NCBI GenBank assembly: GCA_965153285.1
Contig: OZ229122.1
Reading direction: 5' to 3' (one strand)
DNA: 64,000 bases
DNA from: Podarcis tiliguerta
Taxonomy: Eukaryota
This document shows positions 61,827 through 64,000 of this stretch, in pieces. The position numbers were made by a program, and so were the translations under genes. Position 1 is the first letter of the stretch. Every line of letters begins with the position of its first letter. The notes below the pieces were generated by a model. The model saw only the letters and a program-made list of their open reading frames with translations, had not been told where the DNA came from and made no database searches.

Positions 61827-64000
61827 CTTTGCGAGGAGAAGGCTTGGCAATGTGCATGGGCCCAAGGCAGTGACATTTCACAGCTCTTCTCTCCCCCTCC
61901 CAAAAAATAAAATAAAAATTGGTGTCCTTTCACCATGAGCTCTCTTCCGCAGCTGTAATGCCAGGGTTTCCATGTCTTGAGCGTGAATCAAGAGACCCAC
62001 AGAGTTTGCCCAGAACAATTGTGGTTGGTGTATTATTGGACACTTGCCTGCATCTTGTTTCTACACAAGACATCAGGTACCTCAAATTCATTTGTGCACA
62101 AAAGTTTTATTGGTTCTGTGGCCACAAATGTTAACGTACATTAAAATCCCCAGTTCACTCACAGACATTAATGTAATTTGGTTTTCCTACTCATTAACCA
62201 CCCTATGAGTTTCTTATCCCTAAGCATTCTGTGTTTATAACAATCAGCCTTATGTGGTCTAAGTACCTAAGACCATATGTACATAACAGCATAATCAGTG
62301 CATAAGAGCACAATAAGTACGGAACAATAATTATGCCTTTTAAGTACATAAGAGATTATGTATGATATTATGCATTTTAATAACATCATGTATTATTATG
62401 CTCTCGTGTAATTATTACTATAAGTACATAAGAGCCCAGCTGCATGAGTCGAAAGGTTTGTCTAGCACAGCAGCCTGTCCTCTCCCTGGTAACCTGTATC
62501 AAGAGGAATGCTGCCTCTGATCCTGGAGGTAGTATATAGCCGTCACAACTAATAGCCATTGATAGTTTATCCTCCATGAATATAAGAAGGTTCTGAGTGT
62601 CAAATGAAACCCATCCACGAAGTCTCCATGTAGACGCTCTGTTAGGAAGCCCATTTGCCTTACCTTATGCTCCGTCTCTGTGTACTATCATTTAATTATA
62701 CTTTTGCATACATAAAGCCAACTTCTATCTAGGCTCTTGGCTGCTCATGAGCTATACAGAACCACTTAACAAAAACAAAACACACACCCCCACCGCCGCA
62801 AACAGGCTTATGCCAAAAGGCTAGGAATTAAAATGCATCTGAGTACCGCCTGATGTACAGCTTCCAGGCAGCTTGGCGCTGTGGGGCTGAAATATTGGTT
62901 CTGTTCCCTGTCAGTGTGCACATTGATGGGTGGGTGTCATAGCTATTAGTCCTCCTGGCTGCCTGAATTTGTATGTTCTTGGGCTTGCGAAGCTTGAATA
63001 CATAAGTGAGTATTATTAACTGCTTTACGTCTTAATGGCTTGAAGGCAGTCTTGACATTTGAACACCCTGATAGAATTGTAGGGAGCTGCAGGGGGAAGA
63101 ATCTTGTGGACCACTGGGACAGGGGAGGGGTTCATAATAGCTGTTGGCAGGGGGTGGGCAGGGCCTACTATGCAGGATACCCACATCCTTTTTTTCCTTA
63201 AGAAAAAAAAAAAACTACCCATAAGCAAAACAGCAAGGCTATTTCTGAAATCCAAGTTGCTGTCTCCTTGACAGGGAGCCGAAGGAGGTGGGTTTGCAGC
63301 AGAAAGGATAGCATGCCCGGGAGGGAGTCTTCTCTCTAATGCAGCCTGAGACGCCCCTTCTCCACCACATCAACCCCACTGACAGGCTCTTCCAAGTGTT
63401 GTGACCCAGCCTGTACTTATCAGGCTGATGGCCTGGAAGCAGGAGGAAGATCTAAACGAGGCATCTGGCATGTCACGAAATGCAGCTGCCCCTTCAACCA
63501 GCCAGCAGAGGCAGTTTTCTGTCAGGATAAGCAAAGGAAAAGAGGCTGAGGGCTGCCATTAAAGTGGGGCTGCACCTTTGGCCAGCACCACCAGTACCAG
63601 AAGTTGGGGAGCTCTTCTTTTTTAAAGGAACTGGTTCTGTTTCAATATGAAAAAACCCTCAACTAATTCCAGTTTGTAGACTCATAGAATAATAGTTCGA
63701 CCCTTTAGAAAACAAACTAGTTTGGCTCACATTTCAATTCAAATGTTTACCCAAATGATCTTTGCCCAAAAAATTCTCAGCATTTAGAATGTTACAAGCT
63801 GCTATCCTGGAGTATAAAGTATGAGAACAGTAAAAACACACACACACACACACGGATGTGAGTTGCTTAATTTAGGCCCCCTTCCAACAATTATGATCTT
63901 TCAGCTGTAAAGGCCCAAAGAGTCTAAAGGCATACCAAAAAAAACCACATGCAAGAGAATTAATTTGAAGATGAATAAGAAATCGTTCATCATTTTACCC

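Noticed and set aside
1-64000. Hundreds of 60-150 aa ORFs in the six-frame track
   Set aside because: Apart from those overlapping ATP6V0A1 or ASIC2 exons and LINE fragments, they have no recognisable domains, often start at TTG/GTG or run through microsatellites, and are expected by chance in vertebrate non-coding DNA.

Overview
This is vertebrate genomic DNA, and the repeat content (Sauria-SINE ends, tRNA/CR1-tailed SINEs, hAT and Tc1/mariner MITEs) points to a squamate, probably a lacertid lizard. Two spliced genes lie on the + strand. (1) The 3' three-quarters of ATP6V0A1 (V-ATPase V0 subunit a1): 16 core coding exons from 2978 to the stop at 30828-30830, all with GT-AG junctions and a continuous frame. 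There is also a tandem alternative acceptor (AELHHQQ), a candidate 75-nt cassette exon (15983-16057) and an 18-nt microexon (20035-20052). (2) The first coding exon of ASIC2, the ASIC2a-type exon (43648-44211), followed by about 20 kb of its first intron. Nearly all other ORFs in the six-frame track are intronic or intergenic noise or antisense shadows. The most notable observations are these: a chain of upstream ORFs linked by overlapping ATGA stop/start tetranucleotides leading into ASIC2a; substitution of the ASIC2a His180-equivalent plus a gained N-glycosylation sequon; two regulated-looking exons in the same cytosolic loop of a1; a 27-bp ends-only Sauria SINE with a 14-bp TSD inside a dense transposon nest; and two SINEs with different tRNA heads on one CR1-like tail. 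I found no prokaryote-type system such as CRISPR. Homology calls come from recalled protein and repeat sequences, not from database searches.
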